Notes: a model not told the origin generated them from the letters alone. A DNA stretch of 64,000 bases from a bacterium (GCA_963674595.2 CAXXFV010000022.1:1-64000); one strand, 5' to 3'; positions 50,619 to 63,300 are shown, counted from the first letter of the stretch. Program-made: numbers and translations.

Positions 50619-53600
50619 CTAGTCCGGACGGGTGATGGTCATCCATTGTCCGGGGACCTGAGCATTAATTGTCGCGTCATACATGGTTTCCACATAAACC
50701 GGCGGAACATAATATTTTCCTGTATAGGCCGCGTTCAATAACACTCTAAAGATCTTTTCTTCATTTTGTTTTATGTCGAAATAAGTATAAATGCGGTCAT
50801 CACGGATGTCCTGATAGTCAAACAGTTTATTTTTTACCGTGTTATCCGCTATTCTGGCATTATGAATTTCACAACCGGACGGCACCAGATGCGTCAGGGC
50901 AACTTCTTTCAGGGTGCCGCGGACGCCTGTATTTTTTACTTTAACAATGGCAATAAAATCGGTTCCCTGTGCCAGTTGTGTAATATCCAGGGGATTTCCA
51001 TAGGGATTAATATATTTTACGGTTAGCTTAAGTCCGTTGGACATCGGTTGTTCCTGTCCGACTCTGGGAAGACCTTCCAGTAATAGACGCGCATAAATAA
51101 TTTTATCACTGTTGTTTTTGACGTTAATTACTGCTGTTGTATCACTGTTTATTTCCAGGTCCTGTTGAAAAACCGGAAATTCTGTTTGTTGTGATACTTT
51201 TTCATTATTCCAGGTATACTCGAATTTCATTTTTTGATCGTTGTTTGCGGACAAATTCACATGGCGGGCCAGGGCAATCAGCGCATAGGCTGTGGTTTGA
51301 GTGCTGTACCATCTGTCTTTGGCAAGTTCCACGGCAATGTCCTGTGCCAGTGTAATGGCCTGCTCTTTTTGGTCTGTTAAACACAGTGCCTCAAGGATCA
51401 TGGCCTTGTCGCGCAGGTCCGAACCAAATGTGTTGGACAATTCCTGATAGGGGGGAATGCTCACTTTTTTCTGCATCAGCGATGCTGCTGCTTCCGGTTG
51501 ACCGGCAATCTGATAGGCAGCCGCCAAACGCCATTTAGCGGCTGCTGATAATTTATCACTTTCTTTGAGCCGGTTCATGGCGCCCAGTTCCGGTGCATCT
51601 GCCAGGGCCAGCGTATACAGACGATAAGCCTGAGTTAGATCGGAATTTTCACCACCGGTTACCCATGCCTGGGCTTTGTTTCTCTGGTAACGTTTCAATT
51701 GGTTTATCATTTCCTGCGGGACATTGTACCCGGCTTTTTCGGCTTCAATCAGAAAATGCCCGGCATAGTTTGTACACCATTCGTGTGAATTATAGTTGCC
51801 CGGCCAGTAGCCGAACCCGCCGTCTGCATTTTGAAAGCCGGACAAACGGGCTATACCGTTTTTGATATTGTTTTCCACGTCCTGTTTTTGATCTTTAGAC
51901 AGTTTTATAAAACTGTTCAAATACAGTTGCGGAAAAACAGCCGACGTTGTTTGTTCGACACAGCCGTGCGGATATTGAATCAAAAAGTTTAACCGTTTGC
52001 CCAGGTTTAGCGGTGGAATTTGTGATATTTCCAGAATAACATTGTTGGTGCCCGGTAATCCCGGAAGCTTAATATTCTTGTCCCACTTATTGCCGGGTTC
52101 CAGCGCTTTATCCACAACCTGCGTTACCCTGTTGACCGGTATTCGTACATCCATTTGAATTGTTTGCCGTGCTTTTTCGGAACCGCTTACCGCTTCGATT
52201 GACACTTCTCCCGTTCCCGGTGTTGAACCGGCGGCTACATTAAAGGTGACCAGTTTGTCGCCGGTTGCGGTAAAGGATATGGATTTACTGGTGCTGCCTT
52301 TTGCCTCAAGCGTGCCTTTGGTTTTAATATTGACCGTTACATCTTTAATATCGTCTTCCATACAGAACACGGAAACCGGAAGGGCTGTTTCTTCACCGGA
52401 ACTGAGCACCCGTGGAAGTGTTGCCAGCAGCATAAGCGGTTTACGCACAAAGACCGATTTTTCCGCATGACCAAATGCTTTTTTATGTCCGGCTACCACC
52501 ATAACACGAACCGAACCGACATATTGAGGAATGTCGACCGTGTGTTTTTGCTGTTTTCCGGTATATTCAAAGGGACCGTAAAAACGCACCATTGGGGGGA
52601 AACGGTTGGTGCGCTGCTGCCCGTCCATACTGATTTCGCCATCACCGCCGATGGCAAGCAGTTTTTCCAGTGTACCGCCATAGGCCCCGGCTACCAGATC
52701 ATACAGGTCCCAGGTTTTGACACCCAAGGCTTCCCGTTGATAAAAATGAGACCAGGGATCGGGTGTTTTAAATCGGGTTATGTTTAAAAGTCCTTCGTCG
52801 ACCACGGCCAATGTATAGGTCATTGGGGTTTTATCCTGTTCGGAAACTTTGATTTCAACCTGGCTTTCCGGTTTAAACACATCGTTACATTCAATGAGCG
52901 GCTGGATTTGTGTCTTTGGATCATTGATTTTTACCGGAATGACGCCGTACATACGAATCGGCAGATCGTTTTGTGTGTTTAAATGCGGTTGTAAATAGGT
53001 GACATTAACAAACACATTAGGCGCCATGCCCGGTGCCGCCGTGAATTCATACTGAACACCGGTGGAATCTCCTTCAAACCAGTCGGCTGAAAGTATCTGC
53101 GATCCTTTTTCAATACTTAACAATCCTCTGCCGGAAAAAGGCGTTGGAATTGTGATCCTGACTTTATCCCCGACATTGTATTCTGTTTTATCCGAGGCAA
53201 AAGCAAGGACCGTTGCCCCTTCCGGGGACATTTTTCGGCCGCGTCCAGCCCAGCCGGGCCAGTCGATATACATGATTTTTCCGGTGATGTGTTTTCCCTG
53301 TTCGTCATACACACGCACTAAAAATCGGCCCCAGGCCGGGTGATTGATTTTTAACGGCCAGTTTGCTTTGCCGTTTTTTAACGTAATTTCATCTGTTTTT
53401 ATCGGCTGATAGGATTCCCGTCCAATGTAATCGGCCAGTCTTTCACTGCCTTTTTCCCACCACCAGCGCCAGTTAATTTTATATAATTCGATTTTTACTT
53501 TGGTGTTCGGCACAAGCTTTCCATCCGTATCAACCGCAACTATTTGAACCGTGTGTGTTGTGTCCGTCAACAGCATTCCACGGGCCTGATCGCCCTTTGG

Positions 53601-56135
53601 GGTTGAAATACCGATATACCGGTTAAACGGGTGAAAGGGAATGGTTTGATATTCCGTGCTGAATGCCCCGCCCGGTTCAAAAACCCGGGTTGTAAAACGG
53701 GCTTTCATCATTCCCGGGGAAACATTGTCGGCTTTAAGTTTAAAATCAAAATTAGTGCGTCCGTCCTGATTCAATTTTCCTTCGTAAATGGTTTTACTTT
53801 CCGGTTCAAACGTGCGTACCGGATCATCAAAAACGAAATCCTTAAAATTGTTAAATTCGGTTTTGATCGGTTTAAACTCCAGTTGAACATCTGTTTTCAG
53901 GTTTTGTGCCTTGGCGCCGTGCAGCCAGGTGGCTGTCAGTTTTGCCTGCACCGGTCCCTGTTTGAGAACTGTTTGGCCGTTATTCAAATTGAGGTCCATT
54001 GTCAGACGGTTCGGCATAATGGTTTCAATTTTTAGGGTCTTTTCAAATTCGGCACCGCCTGCCTTGACTTTAACCTGCCAGTTACCGGTCGGTGCGTCTG
54101 CCAGGGTTTTTAATGTAAAAGTATAAAAACCGTTCAGCGAAGATTGCTGTGTTATTCTATCGATAACTTGGCCCTGTGGATTGGAAAATTCCAACTGAAT
54201 CGGATAGTTCGACGGCAGTCTGTTTTGCAGGTCAAAAAGAATAAAACTCAGATGGATCGGATCACCGGGCCGCCACACGCCGCGTTCGCCGTAAATAAAA
54301 CCTTTTATGTTCTTTTGTACACTCTTGCCGCCCACATCAAAGTGACTGATGGACAATGACGATCCTTCATCCAATTTTAGAAAACCTTTCTGTTTGCCTG
54401 ACTCTGCCTGCAATAAAAACGGCTTTCTTGCGGTTTTAAAAAACGCCTGGCCTTCCGAGTTGGTTTTTCCCTGGGCGATAACATTTTTTTGAAAATCATA
54501 TACTTTAATGTCCGCATTGGCTATGGGATCGGTTGTTTTGATGTTTGTGACCACAACAAACAACGAATCCGATTGACCACGTTTGGCCATCAGACCCAGG
54601 TCGGAAATGATAATGTTTTTTGACTCGGTAATATTATGATCATAAAAGGGGTGATAATAGCCCGCATGACATGGATTGAAACGGTTATCATAATATTCCC
54701 GCCAGTTGAAATCCGGATCATAATAGTCCCAATAACTTTGTTCCCAATCGTCTTCCGACTCTTCCTGTTCCGTTAATTCATCATCTTCAGCCGGCAGGTC
54801 CGGACAATCATAGATGATATGACGTCGTTTAAACGAAAGAGTAAGCCGATAAAATCCACCCGGATGGTTTTCCAAAAGCGAGGTAACATCCAGACCGAAC
54901 CGGTTCCACTGGTTTACTTTGTCCGGGGTAATATCCAACTGGACTGTCTTTTTCCAGACAGTTCGCCCGACCCGGTTTAATTCATATTCGCCGTTTAAAC
55001 TATTTCGTTGTAAAAACTGATGCACATTTTGACCGAAAATTTGTTCAGCTTTGACAATGACGGCATTCAGGTTTACGGCTTCAATCGGTATGGTTAAACC
55101 CTGTGTCGTAGGAATAATAACACCTTTATCCGAAAATTTAACCTGCGGCTTTAATTCCTGGAAAAAAAGATCAAATGTTCGGGGCTCTTCCAAACGGGTG
55201 CCCATTGTGTTTTGAACGACGCTGGTAATTTCGACCGTGACTTTGTCCTTAAACTGTTGGTGACTGTATATACGGATTCTGTTGCCATCGATTGTGAAGC
55301 GCAAGTCGCTATGGTCTTGTACACGAATAAGACCCTGCAAGTTTTGCCGTGTATTTAAAGGATCGGAAAATTGCGCTTCTATACACTGGTTCTGTCCCTG
55401 AACGGGTTTTACATCAACAATTTTGAAAACAGCCAATGAAGGAACGTCGTAAATTCGTTCACCTTTATCATCGACGTCAATTGTGTTTCCATCCCATTTC
55501 AGTTTTACCTGTGAAGGCTGCTTTGAACGTGTAACCGGCTCTATGGAAAATGAATGTACACGTCCGTCGCTGCTGTGCTGCCAGGTTATGTTTAAATCCT
55601 TCTTTTCTTGTGTTGCCGAGAGTACATTTTCAACATTATGACCGTATTCAAAGTCTGCTGTTACAAGCGTGCCGTCAAGTCTTTGTTTTGTCAAATCCTT
55701 TTTATCTATTATCTGCAAACCGGACGTGGTAATATCTATGGATTGGGTGATGGTAGAGAAAGAAAACTCAAATGATTTTTCAGATGTTTCAACAAACCGA
55801 TGTATGTCGAACTGCACCTGGTAGGTTTGGTCCTGAGGAAGGCGTTCATCAGGTTGAAATTCGAGTGTTCTCGGATCCGACCAGACCGTCGTCCCTTTTA
55901 ATTTGGGTTTGAATGAAAAAGGATTTGGTTTTACCGGTTTGTTTAACTGACTCGAATCTGCAACATCCATTGCAAAAAGGATCCGAACACTGCTCATACG
56001 GGAGATGACTCCGGACGTATGGGCGGCGATCAGTTGTTTGTCTGCATCTGCAAATTTTTTCTGTTCTTTTTTTGTACATGAAGCAAGACAAAAAGTCAAC
56101 AGGAGAGACATAAAAAGAATTGAATGTTTTTTCAT
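50619..56135 (-). CDS. Bacterial alpha-2-macroglobulin lipoprotein
   Basis: Lipobox LASC; ERGVWRPG; thioester motif YPHGCVEQ; DIRDDR; paired with pbpC. Confidence 0.93.
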   Translation of the reverse strand: MKKHSILFMSLLLTFCLASCTKKEQKKFADADKQLIAAHTSGVISRMSSVRILFAMDVADSSQLNKPVKPNPFSFKPKLKGTTVWSDPRTLEFQPDERLPQDQTYQVQFDIHRFVETSEKSFEFSFSTITQSIDITTSGLQIIDKKDLTKQRLDGTLVTADFEYGHNVENVLSATQEKKDLNITWQHSSDGRVHSFSIEPVTRSKQPSQVKLKWDGNTIDVDDKGERIYDVPSLAVFKIVDVKPVQGQNQCIEAQFSDPLNTRQNLQGLIRVQDHSDLRFTIDGNRIRIYSHQQFKDKVTVEITSVVQNTMGTRLEEPRTFDLFFQELKPQVKFSDKGVIIPTTQGLTIPIEAVNLNAVIVKAEQIFGQNVHQFLQRNSLNGEYELNRVGRTVWKKTVQLDITPDKVNQWNRFGLDVTSLLENHPGGFYRLTLSFKRRHIIYDCPDLPAEDDELTEQEESEDDWEQSYWDYYDPDFNWREYYDNRFNPCHAGYYHPFYDHNITESKNIIISDLGLMAKRGQSDSLFVVVTNIKTTDPIANADIKVYDFQKNVIAQGKTNSEGQAFFKTARKPFLLQAESGKQKGFLKLDEGSSLSISHFDVGGKSVQKNIKGFIYGERGVWRPGDPIHLSFILFDLQNRLPSNYPIQLEFSNPQGQVIDRITQQSSLNGFYTFTLKTLADAPTGNWQVKVKAGGAEFEKTLKIETIMPNRLTMDLNLNNGQTVLKQGPVQAKLTATWLHGAKAQNLKTDVQLEFKPIKTEFNNFKDFVFDDPVRTFEPESKTIYEGKLNQDGRTNFDFKLKADNVSPGMMKARFTTRVFEPGGAFSTEYQTIPFHPFNRYIGISTPKGDQARGMLLTDTTHTVQIVAVDTDGKLVPNTKVKIELYKINWRWWWEKGSERLADYIGRESYQPIKTDEITLKNGKANWPLKINHPAWGRFLVRVYDEQGKHITGKIMYIDWPGWAGRGRKMSPEGATVLAFASDKTEYNVGDKVRITIPTPFSGRGLLSIEKGSQILSADWFEGDSTGVQYEFTAAPGMAPNVFVNVTYLQPHLNTQNDLPIRMYGVIPVKINDPKTQIQPLIECNDVFKPESQVEIKVSEQDKTPMTYTLAVVDEGLLNITRFKTPDPWSHFYQREALGVKTWDLYDLVAGAYGGTLEKLLAIGGDGEISMDGQQRTNRFPPMVRFYGPFEYTGKQQKHTVDIPQYVGSVRVMVVAGHKKAFGHAEKSVFVRKPLMLLATLPRVLSSGEETALPVSVFCMEDDIKDVTVNIKTKGTLEAKGSTSKSISFTATGDKLVTFNVAAGSTPGTGEVSIEAVSGSEKARQTIQMDVRIPVNRVTQVVDKALEPGNKWDKNIKLPGLPGTNNVILEISQIPPLNLGKRLNFLIQYPHGCVEQTTSAVFPQLYLNSFIKLSKDQKQDVENNIKNGIARLSGFQNADGGFGYWPGNYNSHEWCTNYAGHFLIEAEKAGYNVPQEMINQLKRYQRNKAQAWVTGGENSDLTQAYRLYTLALADAPELGAMNRLKESDKLSAAAKWRLAAAYQIAGQPEAAASLMQKKVSIPPYQELSNTFGSDLRDKAMILEALCLTDQKEQAITLAQDIAVELAKDRWYSTQTTAYALIALARHVNLSANNDQKMKFEYTWNNEKVSQQTEFPVFQQDLEINSDTTAVINVKNNSDKIIYARLLLEGLPRVGQEQPMSNGLKLTVKYINPYGNPLDITQLAQGTDFIAIVKVKNTGVRGTLKEVALTHLVPSGCEIHNARIADNTVKNKLFDYQDIRDDRIYTYFDIKQNEEKIFRVLLNAAYTGKYYVPPVYVETMYDATINAQVPGQWMTITRPD

Positions 56136-56178
56136 ATAAAACCTCCGGGAAAGCGGGGTTCCGGCCCCTTTTAAAATT

Positions 56179-56964
56179 TCACATAGCCCAGCCCTCTCCA
56201 TTCGGGCCGCAGCTTAATACTTTAACACCATTTTCCGTAATAGCGATTGTATGTTCAAAATGCGCACTAGGCTTATCATCGAGTGTTGCTATGGTCCATT
56301 GGTCGCTTAACAAAACCACATCTCTTAGTCCGGCATTGATCATGGGTTCTACTGCCAGTACCAAACCGGGTTGCAGCCGAAAGTCGGGCAGGTCATGTGC
56401 ATAATAATTCGGTACCTGAGGTGTTTCCCACATTTCTCTGCCAATGGCATGGCCGACCAGTTCGCGTACCACAGAAAATCCGGCTGTTTCCGCCATTTCC
56501 TGCATTTTATTGGATATTTCGCTCCAGCGCTGCGCCGTACCCATTTGCTGAATTGCATACCTTAAAATATCTTCAGTTGTTGTCAGCAGTTGTTGATACT
56601 CTTTTTTTATTTCACCAACCGGATAAGACACGGCCGCGTCGGAACACCAGCCATCCAGTTTGATACCAATATCTAAACTGATTATATCTCCTTCGCGTAA
56701 TTTTCGTTCGGACGGTAAACCGTGGACAACATGTTCGTTCAGAGAGATACAGGTGGCGTTGGGAAAGGGATAGGCTCCGGGCACGCCTTTAAAAAGCGGA
56801 AGAGCATTATTCGATACGATAAAATGATCTACGGCCGCATCGATTTCTGCCGTTGTTATACCCGGTTCTACCATAGAGGCGGCCAGTTGATGTGTTTCCC
56901 ATAACAACAACCCGGCTTTGCGCATGGCCTCAATTTCCGATAAAGATTTTAGTTTTATTGCCAT
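56179..56964 (-). CDS. map: Methionine aminopeptidase type I
   Basis: CISLNEHVVHG, DIG, SDAA, GHAIG, VEPMI, SAHFEHT. Confidence 0.95.
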   Translation of the reverse strand: MAIKLKSLSEIEAMRKAGLLLWETHQLAASMVEPGITTAEIDAAVDHFIVSNNALPLFKGVPGAYPFPNATCISLNEHVVHGLPSERKLREGDIISLDIGIKLDGWCSDAAVSYPVGEIKKEYQQLLTTTEDILRYAIQQMGTAQRWSEISNKMQEMAETAGFSVVRELVGHAIGREMWETPQVPNYYAHDLPDFRLQPGLVLAVEPMINAGLRDVVLLSDQWTIATLDDKPSAHFEHTIAITENGVKVLSCGPNGEGWAM

Positions 56965-57092
56965 GAAATCACCAAATATAAATTTAAAAAAAATTCCCCC
57001 TGTTTAATTTTATATTTTAATGATAGCTATTAAATTTTTAAAATACAAGAATTGAAATTTGTAATGAATTGAAAAAATCCATGCTTACCCTT

Positions 57093-59066
57093 TTAAACAA
57101 ATACGGGTATTTTTGCATCATTTTTCAAAAATACCGGAATTGTATCCAGCGGCGCCTGGACGTTAATAAATTGTCCGCCCTGGAATTTTTCGCTGGTTTT
57201 GGCATAAACCCAGTCAGCACCTTTTGGTAAATAAACCGACCGTTCTGTTGCGCCTTGTTTGACAATGGGGGCGATAAGGATATCCGGCCCCAACAGGAAC
57301 TCATCTTTTAAATTTACACAATTCGAATCTGCCGGAAAGTCAAAAATTAATGGCCGCATTGGCGGTATGCCTTTTTTGTGCGCCAGCTCCATTTGCTGCA
57401 TAATATAGGGTCTCAGGCGTTCCCGCAGAAAAAGCATGTCTGTTATCAAGTCATAGGCTTTGTCGCCAAAAGACCAAACTTCATTCGGCGCGCCGCAATG
57501 TCCCTTTTGTTCCGGTAAACGAACACCATGCAATCTGAAAAGCGGGCAAAAGACGCCAAACTGGAACCAACGGACAATCAGTTCCTGGAAATAGGGTGTC
57601 GTTGGATTACCGCCGTAAAAACCACCGATATCTGTTGTCCACCAGGGCACACCGCTCATGGCGACATTAAGTCCGGCTGTTACCTGGATTTCCAGCATTT
57701 CAAAGGTGGAAGGAATATCACCGGACCACAAGGCGGCACCGTATCTCTGTACACCCGCCCATCCGGAACGGCACAGGGTGATAATTTCATTATCTCCGGC
57801 TTTTTTCAAACCTTCATAAACCATTCGTGCATTTTCCATGGGGTACTTGTTAAAAACCTCAAGACCTTGTCCTGCTGCAAATCGTAAATTGTCAGGGTGT
57901 TTTGGCTCCATGTCCGGTTCACAAGAGTCCAGCCAGAATATTTTTATCCCATGTTCATAATAATTTTTTTGGAGTTTGTTCCAGACATATTCTCTGGCTT
58001 TTTCCGATGTGGCATCATAATAATGGACCGACACGGGACCTGTTGTATTATTATCAAAGAAACTAAAATGCGCCGGCAAGCCGCGTTCAATATCCGTAAT
58101 AAATCCGTTTTCCATCATCTCTTCAAAGTTTTCACTTGCCAAATTAACCGTAGGCCAGAAAGAAATCATGGCCTTAATTCCCATGTCTTCCAGTTCTTTA
58201 ACCATGGCTTTGGGGTCCGGCCACAGTTCAGGATCAAATTTCCAGTCGCCCATAAGCGTCCAGTGGAAAAAGTCGATAACAATGATGGATATGGGAAGAT
58301 TTCGTTTTTTATATTCGCGGGCAATTTCCAGTAATTCTTCCTGAGAACGGTAGCGAAGTTTACTTTGCCAGAATCCCGCTGCCCATTCCGGAAGCATGGG
58401 GGAACGTCCTGTTACCTCGGTATACTGCTCCATAATTTTTTCCGGGGAATCATCGGCTGTTATCCAATAATCGATTTGACGTGTTGCTTCGGCAATCCAT
58501 CGTGTATGGTTTTTGCCAAACTCGACCCGTCCCACAGCCGGATTGTTCCATAAAAAACCATAACCACGGGTGGAAATATAAAACGGAATGTTTATCATTG
58601 TATTATGCTGTAAAAGGTCAATGACCATTCCTTTTTGGTCCAGGTGTCCGTTGGGTTGTTGACCCATGCCGTAAATATGTTCATCAGTATAGGCTTTAAA
58701 CCGTGTTTCAATGTGAAAAAGATCACTTCCAAGGGACGTATATTTTCGTTTTGCCAACAAAAAGTGCGGAGAATATTCAGCAAGCAGCTCCGAATGGTCC
58801 GAACTTTTATAAAAAGTCAACTGACCCTCACTGGTTATTTCTGCTGAAATTTTGCCATTGGTAATAACAGCTTTTTCATCGGAAATTTTAATATCGGTTT
58901 TTTCAGGGGCAACAGAAAGTAACGCTGAAAGTTCTTCGCGTTGATGAATCTCTAATCCTTTAACAGCACGGACACGAAGACTGTTTTTACCCCACGGTTC
59001 TATTTGTAATCTTTCATGTTTAAATTGAAAGATTAGAGTATTTTCTATTTGTTGAAATCTATTCAT
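57093..59066 (-). CDS. GH31 glycoside hydrolase (alpha-xylosidase-like)
   Basis: IVIDFFHW, FWLDSCEP nucleophile, WSGD acid/base, DIGGF, RWFQFG. Confidence 0.9.
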   Translation of the reverse strand: MNRFQQIENTLIFQFKHERLQIEPWGKNSLRVRAVKGLEIHQREELSALLSVAPEKTDIKISDEKAVITNGKISAEITSEGQLTFYKSSDHSELLAEYSPHFLLAKRKYTSLGSDLFHIETRFKAYTDEHIYGMGQQPNGHLDQKGMVIDLLQHNTMINIPFYISTRGYGFLWNNPAVGRVEFGKNHTRWIAEATRQIDYWITADDSPEKIMEQYTEVTGRSPMLPEWAAGFWQSKLRYRSQEELLEIAREYKKRNLPISIIVIDFFHWTLMGDWKFDPELWPDPKAMVKELEDMGIKAMISFWPTVNLASENFEEMMENGFITDIERGLPAHFSFFDNNTTGPVSVHYYDATSEKAREYVWNKLQKNYYEHGIKIFWLDSCEPDMEPKHPDNLRFAAGQGLEVFNKYPMENARMVYEGLKKAGDNEIITLCRSGWAGVQRYGAALWSGDIPSTFEMLEIQVTAGLNVAMSGVPWWTTDIGGFYGGNPTTPYFQELIVRWFQFGVFCPLFRLHGVRLPEQKGHCGAPNEVWSFGDKAYDLITDMLFLRERLRPYIMQQMELAHKKGIPPMRPLIFDFPADSNCVNLKDEFLLGPDILIAPIVKQGATERSVYLPKGADWVYAKTSEKFQGGQFINVQAPLDTIPVFLKNDAKIPVFV

Positions 59067-59309
59067 GTTTTCTCCGGGATATTTTATGTTTTGGGTGAAT
59101 CCGGTTTGCGGATTTTATGTTCAGAGTCTTATATTAACATTTTTTAACAAAGACGCAAGCATATTCTTGACCCAAAAAGTCCTTGCTTTCCTCGATAAAA
59201 ATAGTAACTTGACTATTTGTTTTTTCATTCCATGTTTAATGTTCCAGCGACTTTTAGTTCGGGGATTTTTAATGAATGGATCTTTTATTCTGGTATATAG
59301 GTAAAATAT

Positions 59310-60209
59310 ATGTGGTTATATTTAGGAATTTTTTCAGCATTTTTTTTAGGACTGTATGATGTTTGTAAAAAACATGCTGTTAAAGAAAATGCCGTACTTC
59401 CCGTACTTTTTATTGCTACGCTTTTTGGTTCTATGCTGATGCTGCCGGTTATTATCTTGTCGTTTTTAATGCCGGAAAAAATGATGGAATTCGGGTTTTA
59501 TGTTCCGTTTATCAGTTTAAAAGCTCACGGATTTATTTTTATTAAAGCCTGTATTGTTTCGTCATCATGGATATTTGCTTATTTTGCGTTAAAACATCTG
59601 CCTATATCAATTGCCACACCCATTCGTGCTTCCGGTCCGCTTTGGACTTTAATCGGTGCTGTTTTGCTGTTTCATGAAAGTCCCTCCATGCTGCAATGGT
59701 TCGGTTTGGCGGTTATTTTGTTTTCCTATTACCTTTTTACCCTTTTGGGTCTTAAAGAAGGGATTCATTTCGGACGAAATAAGTGGGTGATGTATATTAT
59801 TCTGGCTACTATTTTGGGGACCATTAGCGGGCTTTACGACAAGTATTTACTGCAAAATCTTGATTATCAGCCGTTGGTTCTGCAGGCGTGGTTTTCAGTA
59901 TACCTGGTTTTGATTTTAGGCGGCATTGTTTTGCTGTTCTGGCTTCCTCAAAAACACAAATCAACGCCGTTTCATTGGCAATGGAGTATTCCCATGATTG
60001 GAATACTATTGATTGTTGCCGATTTTTTCTATTTCCGGGCATTAAGTTATGACAATGCATTAATCGCTCTGTTGTCGGCTATCCGGCGTACAAGCGTCCT
60101 GGTTTCATTCGGAATCGGCAGCAGAATTTTTCATGAAGTCAATATCCCGAGGAAATCTCTGGCGCTAACAGGTGTGCTTGCCGGCGTTTTTATGATATTG
60201 TGGGCCTAA
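59310..60209 (+). CDS. EamA/DMT family transporter
   Basis: About ten TM segments in two EamA repeats. Confidence 0.85.
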   Translation: MWLYLGIFSAFFLGLYDVCKKHAVKENAVLPVLFIATLFGSMLMLPVIILSFLMPEKMMEFGFYVPFISLKAHGFIFIKACIVSSSWIFAYFALKHLPISIATPIRASGPLWTLIGAVLLFHESPSMLQWFGLAVILFSYYLFTLLGLKEGIHFGRNKWVMYIILATILGTISGLYDKYLLQNLDYQPLVLQAWFSVYLVLILGGIVLLFWLPQKHKSTPFHWQWSIPMIGILLIVADFFYFRALSYDNALIALLSAIRRTSVLVSFGIGSRIFHEVNIPRKSLALTGVLAGVFMILWA

Positions 60210-60345
60210 TTAATAAATAAAAAACGAGTTTTTAAAAATAGTAATTGATATTTAAGAATTTATATAATATTTTTATTCATACCTTTTCCTTTTTTCATTA
60301 CCATTAAAAATCTACCATCTACAAAAGTGTCAAGAGGAGGTTTGT

Positions 60346-63300
60346 ATGAAACCGAATGTGATTTTAACAATTGTCTTGGTGATTTTTTCTTTTCTTTTTA
60401 TTCAATCCGCTGGTGCTATGGATGTGGGTGGCGATATTTCAGAAAATACTACATGGTCGTTGGCAGAAAGTCCTGTCAATTTAATTCAAGATGTTACAGT
60501 AAAAGGGGTGGAATTAAATATTGAGAACAATGTCGTTGTTAATTTAAATGGATATGATATTTATTTCCTGTATGATTACCTGGGTGCGGGGAACTATGCT
60601 CCAACCAGCCCTGAAATCTATGCAAATTATGTAGAGTTTAATGGTGGTCAAAATTTATTGTCTCAATTTTATTTTCAGGGACACAAGAGTAATAACACGG
60701 AATATCCCGCAATTGGAAAGTTTGAAAATTGTGATTTTCAGAATGTTGAAATTGTTTTTAATCAATACTCAAGTCCTGAGTTTTTAAATTCTACTTTGTC
60801 TTCTGAATTATCCGGTACAGCTTTTAAATCATGTTACGGCAGTCAACCTGAATTGACTGGTAATGTTATTACGGGATATAACTTTGCTTTCCATATCTTT
60901 TCAAATGGTTTGCCTGTTCTTCAGTCTAATATAATAACTGATTGTGGTTATGATGGAATTGCCTTATCAGGGCAATTTTCAAAGAGACTTTATCTCAATC
61001 AGGAATATTTGTTTTTTGACAATGATTATAATTTTGAATCTATGGGCTACTCTTATAAACTCGTTGATGATTTAATAATAAAAGGAAAAGTTGTAACTGT
61101 GGATTCCGGGGCGACTATTGATCTGGGTGGGCACCAACTGCTTGTTAATGCGATTAACTATGGCAGCGGCGAGTGTTATGATGGATATTTTCAGGCTTTA
61201 CACTGTAATTTTATAAATTCAGCCTCTGAACAGTCACAAATTTATTATGAAGGTATTCGCAGTAACGAGACCAATTATATATGTGGCGGAGAGTTTGCAG
61301 AATGTTCTTTTCAAAATATAGAAATTTATGTAGATAAATATGCGAATCCTGTATTTTATGAGTGTGATTTTGTAGGAGATGGTGACGGTATAGCGTTTAC
61401 ATCTGAACTAGGAAGCCAGCCGACAATTCAAAATAACTCTATCAGTAATTATGAGTATCCATTCTTAATTCAGTCAAACGGACTTCCTGTTATTGAAAAT
61501 AATACAGTTAATTGTAATATTAACAGAATTGCATTAGCCGGAGAGTTTGCCAGTGCATATTTTATGGAAAATATTTTCCATTATTTTGCCGATGATTATT
61601 TGTTAGGAAATTATGGATATAGCTATGATCTGATTGATGATGTTTTTATAATAGGTAAAACTTTAATTGCGGACCTGGGAACAATTGTATATCTTAATTC
61701 AAAAACAATCCATGTTCAACCTCTGGTTTTGGAGCCGTTATTGCCATCAAACGGAAATTTAAATGCCGAGAGTGTCACTTTTTATGGAGATGATTATTTA
61801 GAATCGACTATTCGTTTTAATGGTAATCAAGAAAATCCCTCCAGCGGTGCCTTGACAAATTGTCAATTTACAAATGTCAAAGTAGAGTGCGCAAAGTATG
61901 CTTTTCCTGATATTCGTAATTGTAATTTTAATTCCAATGGTTTGGGTATTGCATTGTGTTCCTGCCTTGGCAGCAATCCGGTCATTGAATCCAACACAAT
62001 CGAAAATTATGAATATCCGTTTTATATTTCATCCAATGCTGATTTAGACCTTAATAATAATACAGTGAACAACTGTGGTTTTGCGGGTATTGGGATTTCC
62101 GGAGATTTTGCCCGCAGACATTATGATTTTGCCTCAAATACTTTTCTAAATTTCGACCAGGATTATATCCTTAGAGACCATGGATATCCTTACCAGTTTA
62201 CTGAAAAAGTACAGATAAAGGGTAAAAAACTAGTAATAGATAAAGGCCTGTTTCTGTCTTTAAACGGATTTGATCTTTATATCATGTTTGATTATTTAGA
62301 TTATACGACGGCTGCTAATGGTGACATAAGTGCCGATTTAGTTTATTTTACTGGTGATGATTCTTTGGAATCTGAAATTTTTTTCAAGGGCACTGAATAT
62401 TATTCTGTTGAATACAAAACACATGGGCAATTGGATAACTGCCATTTTAATCAGGTTAATTTAAATTTTGTTGAAAATTCAGATCCAACTGTTTCAAATT
62501 GTACTTTTTTTTCAAATGGCAATGGAACGGCAATTAAGCTTTTAAATAATTCTCAGGCGACAATACAAAATTCAATCGTATCCGGATATGCCAATGGTAT
62601 TGAAAATTTTCACGCCAGTAGTGCCGTGATTAATTCAAATGATTTATTGAACTGTACAGATTATGCCGTTTACAATCGTTCAACCACACTATTTGATATA
62701 AGTGGAAATTATTGGGGGCATATTACCGGACCAACGCATCCGGATAATCCCGGTGGTAAAGGACAGCTTATTCATGGAAATGTAAATTTTATACCATTTT
62801 TAACTCAACCATCTAATATTCAGGATTATGATATTTCCATTAACGAAATCATGTATGCTCCGGCTAGTGACAATATGGGAACAGAATTTATTGAAATCTA
62901 TAACAACGAACAAAATGCAATTGATTTGCATGGATGGATGTTAAATGGAGCTGTTAATTTTACCTTTCCGGATTTCATTCTTTTGCCGAATGAGTATGTT
63001 ATCGTTTGCAGGGACAGTTTGAAGTTTGTTGACCTCTATGGAATCAGGGAGAATTTATTTCAATGGGTGTCATTTCAATTTGAAAGTGAATTAAACGAAT
63101 TAATGTTGTTCGATGATTACGGTGCTTTGCAGGATATTGTCGAGTTTGGAAAAATCGATCCCTGGCCGACTTGTTCGATAGAATCGGGACATTCTATTGA
63201 ATTAATTGATGTCAGCATGGATAATAACTTGCCTGAAAGCTGGCAGCTTTCGGATGCTGTTTATGCGCCATACGGAACTCCCGGATGTTTAAATTCTGTT

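Noticed and set aside
42843-58847. Numerous short antisense and alternate-frame ORFs
   Set aside because: They are shadows of long, well-supported genes, with no motifs or RBS
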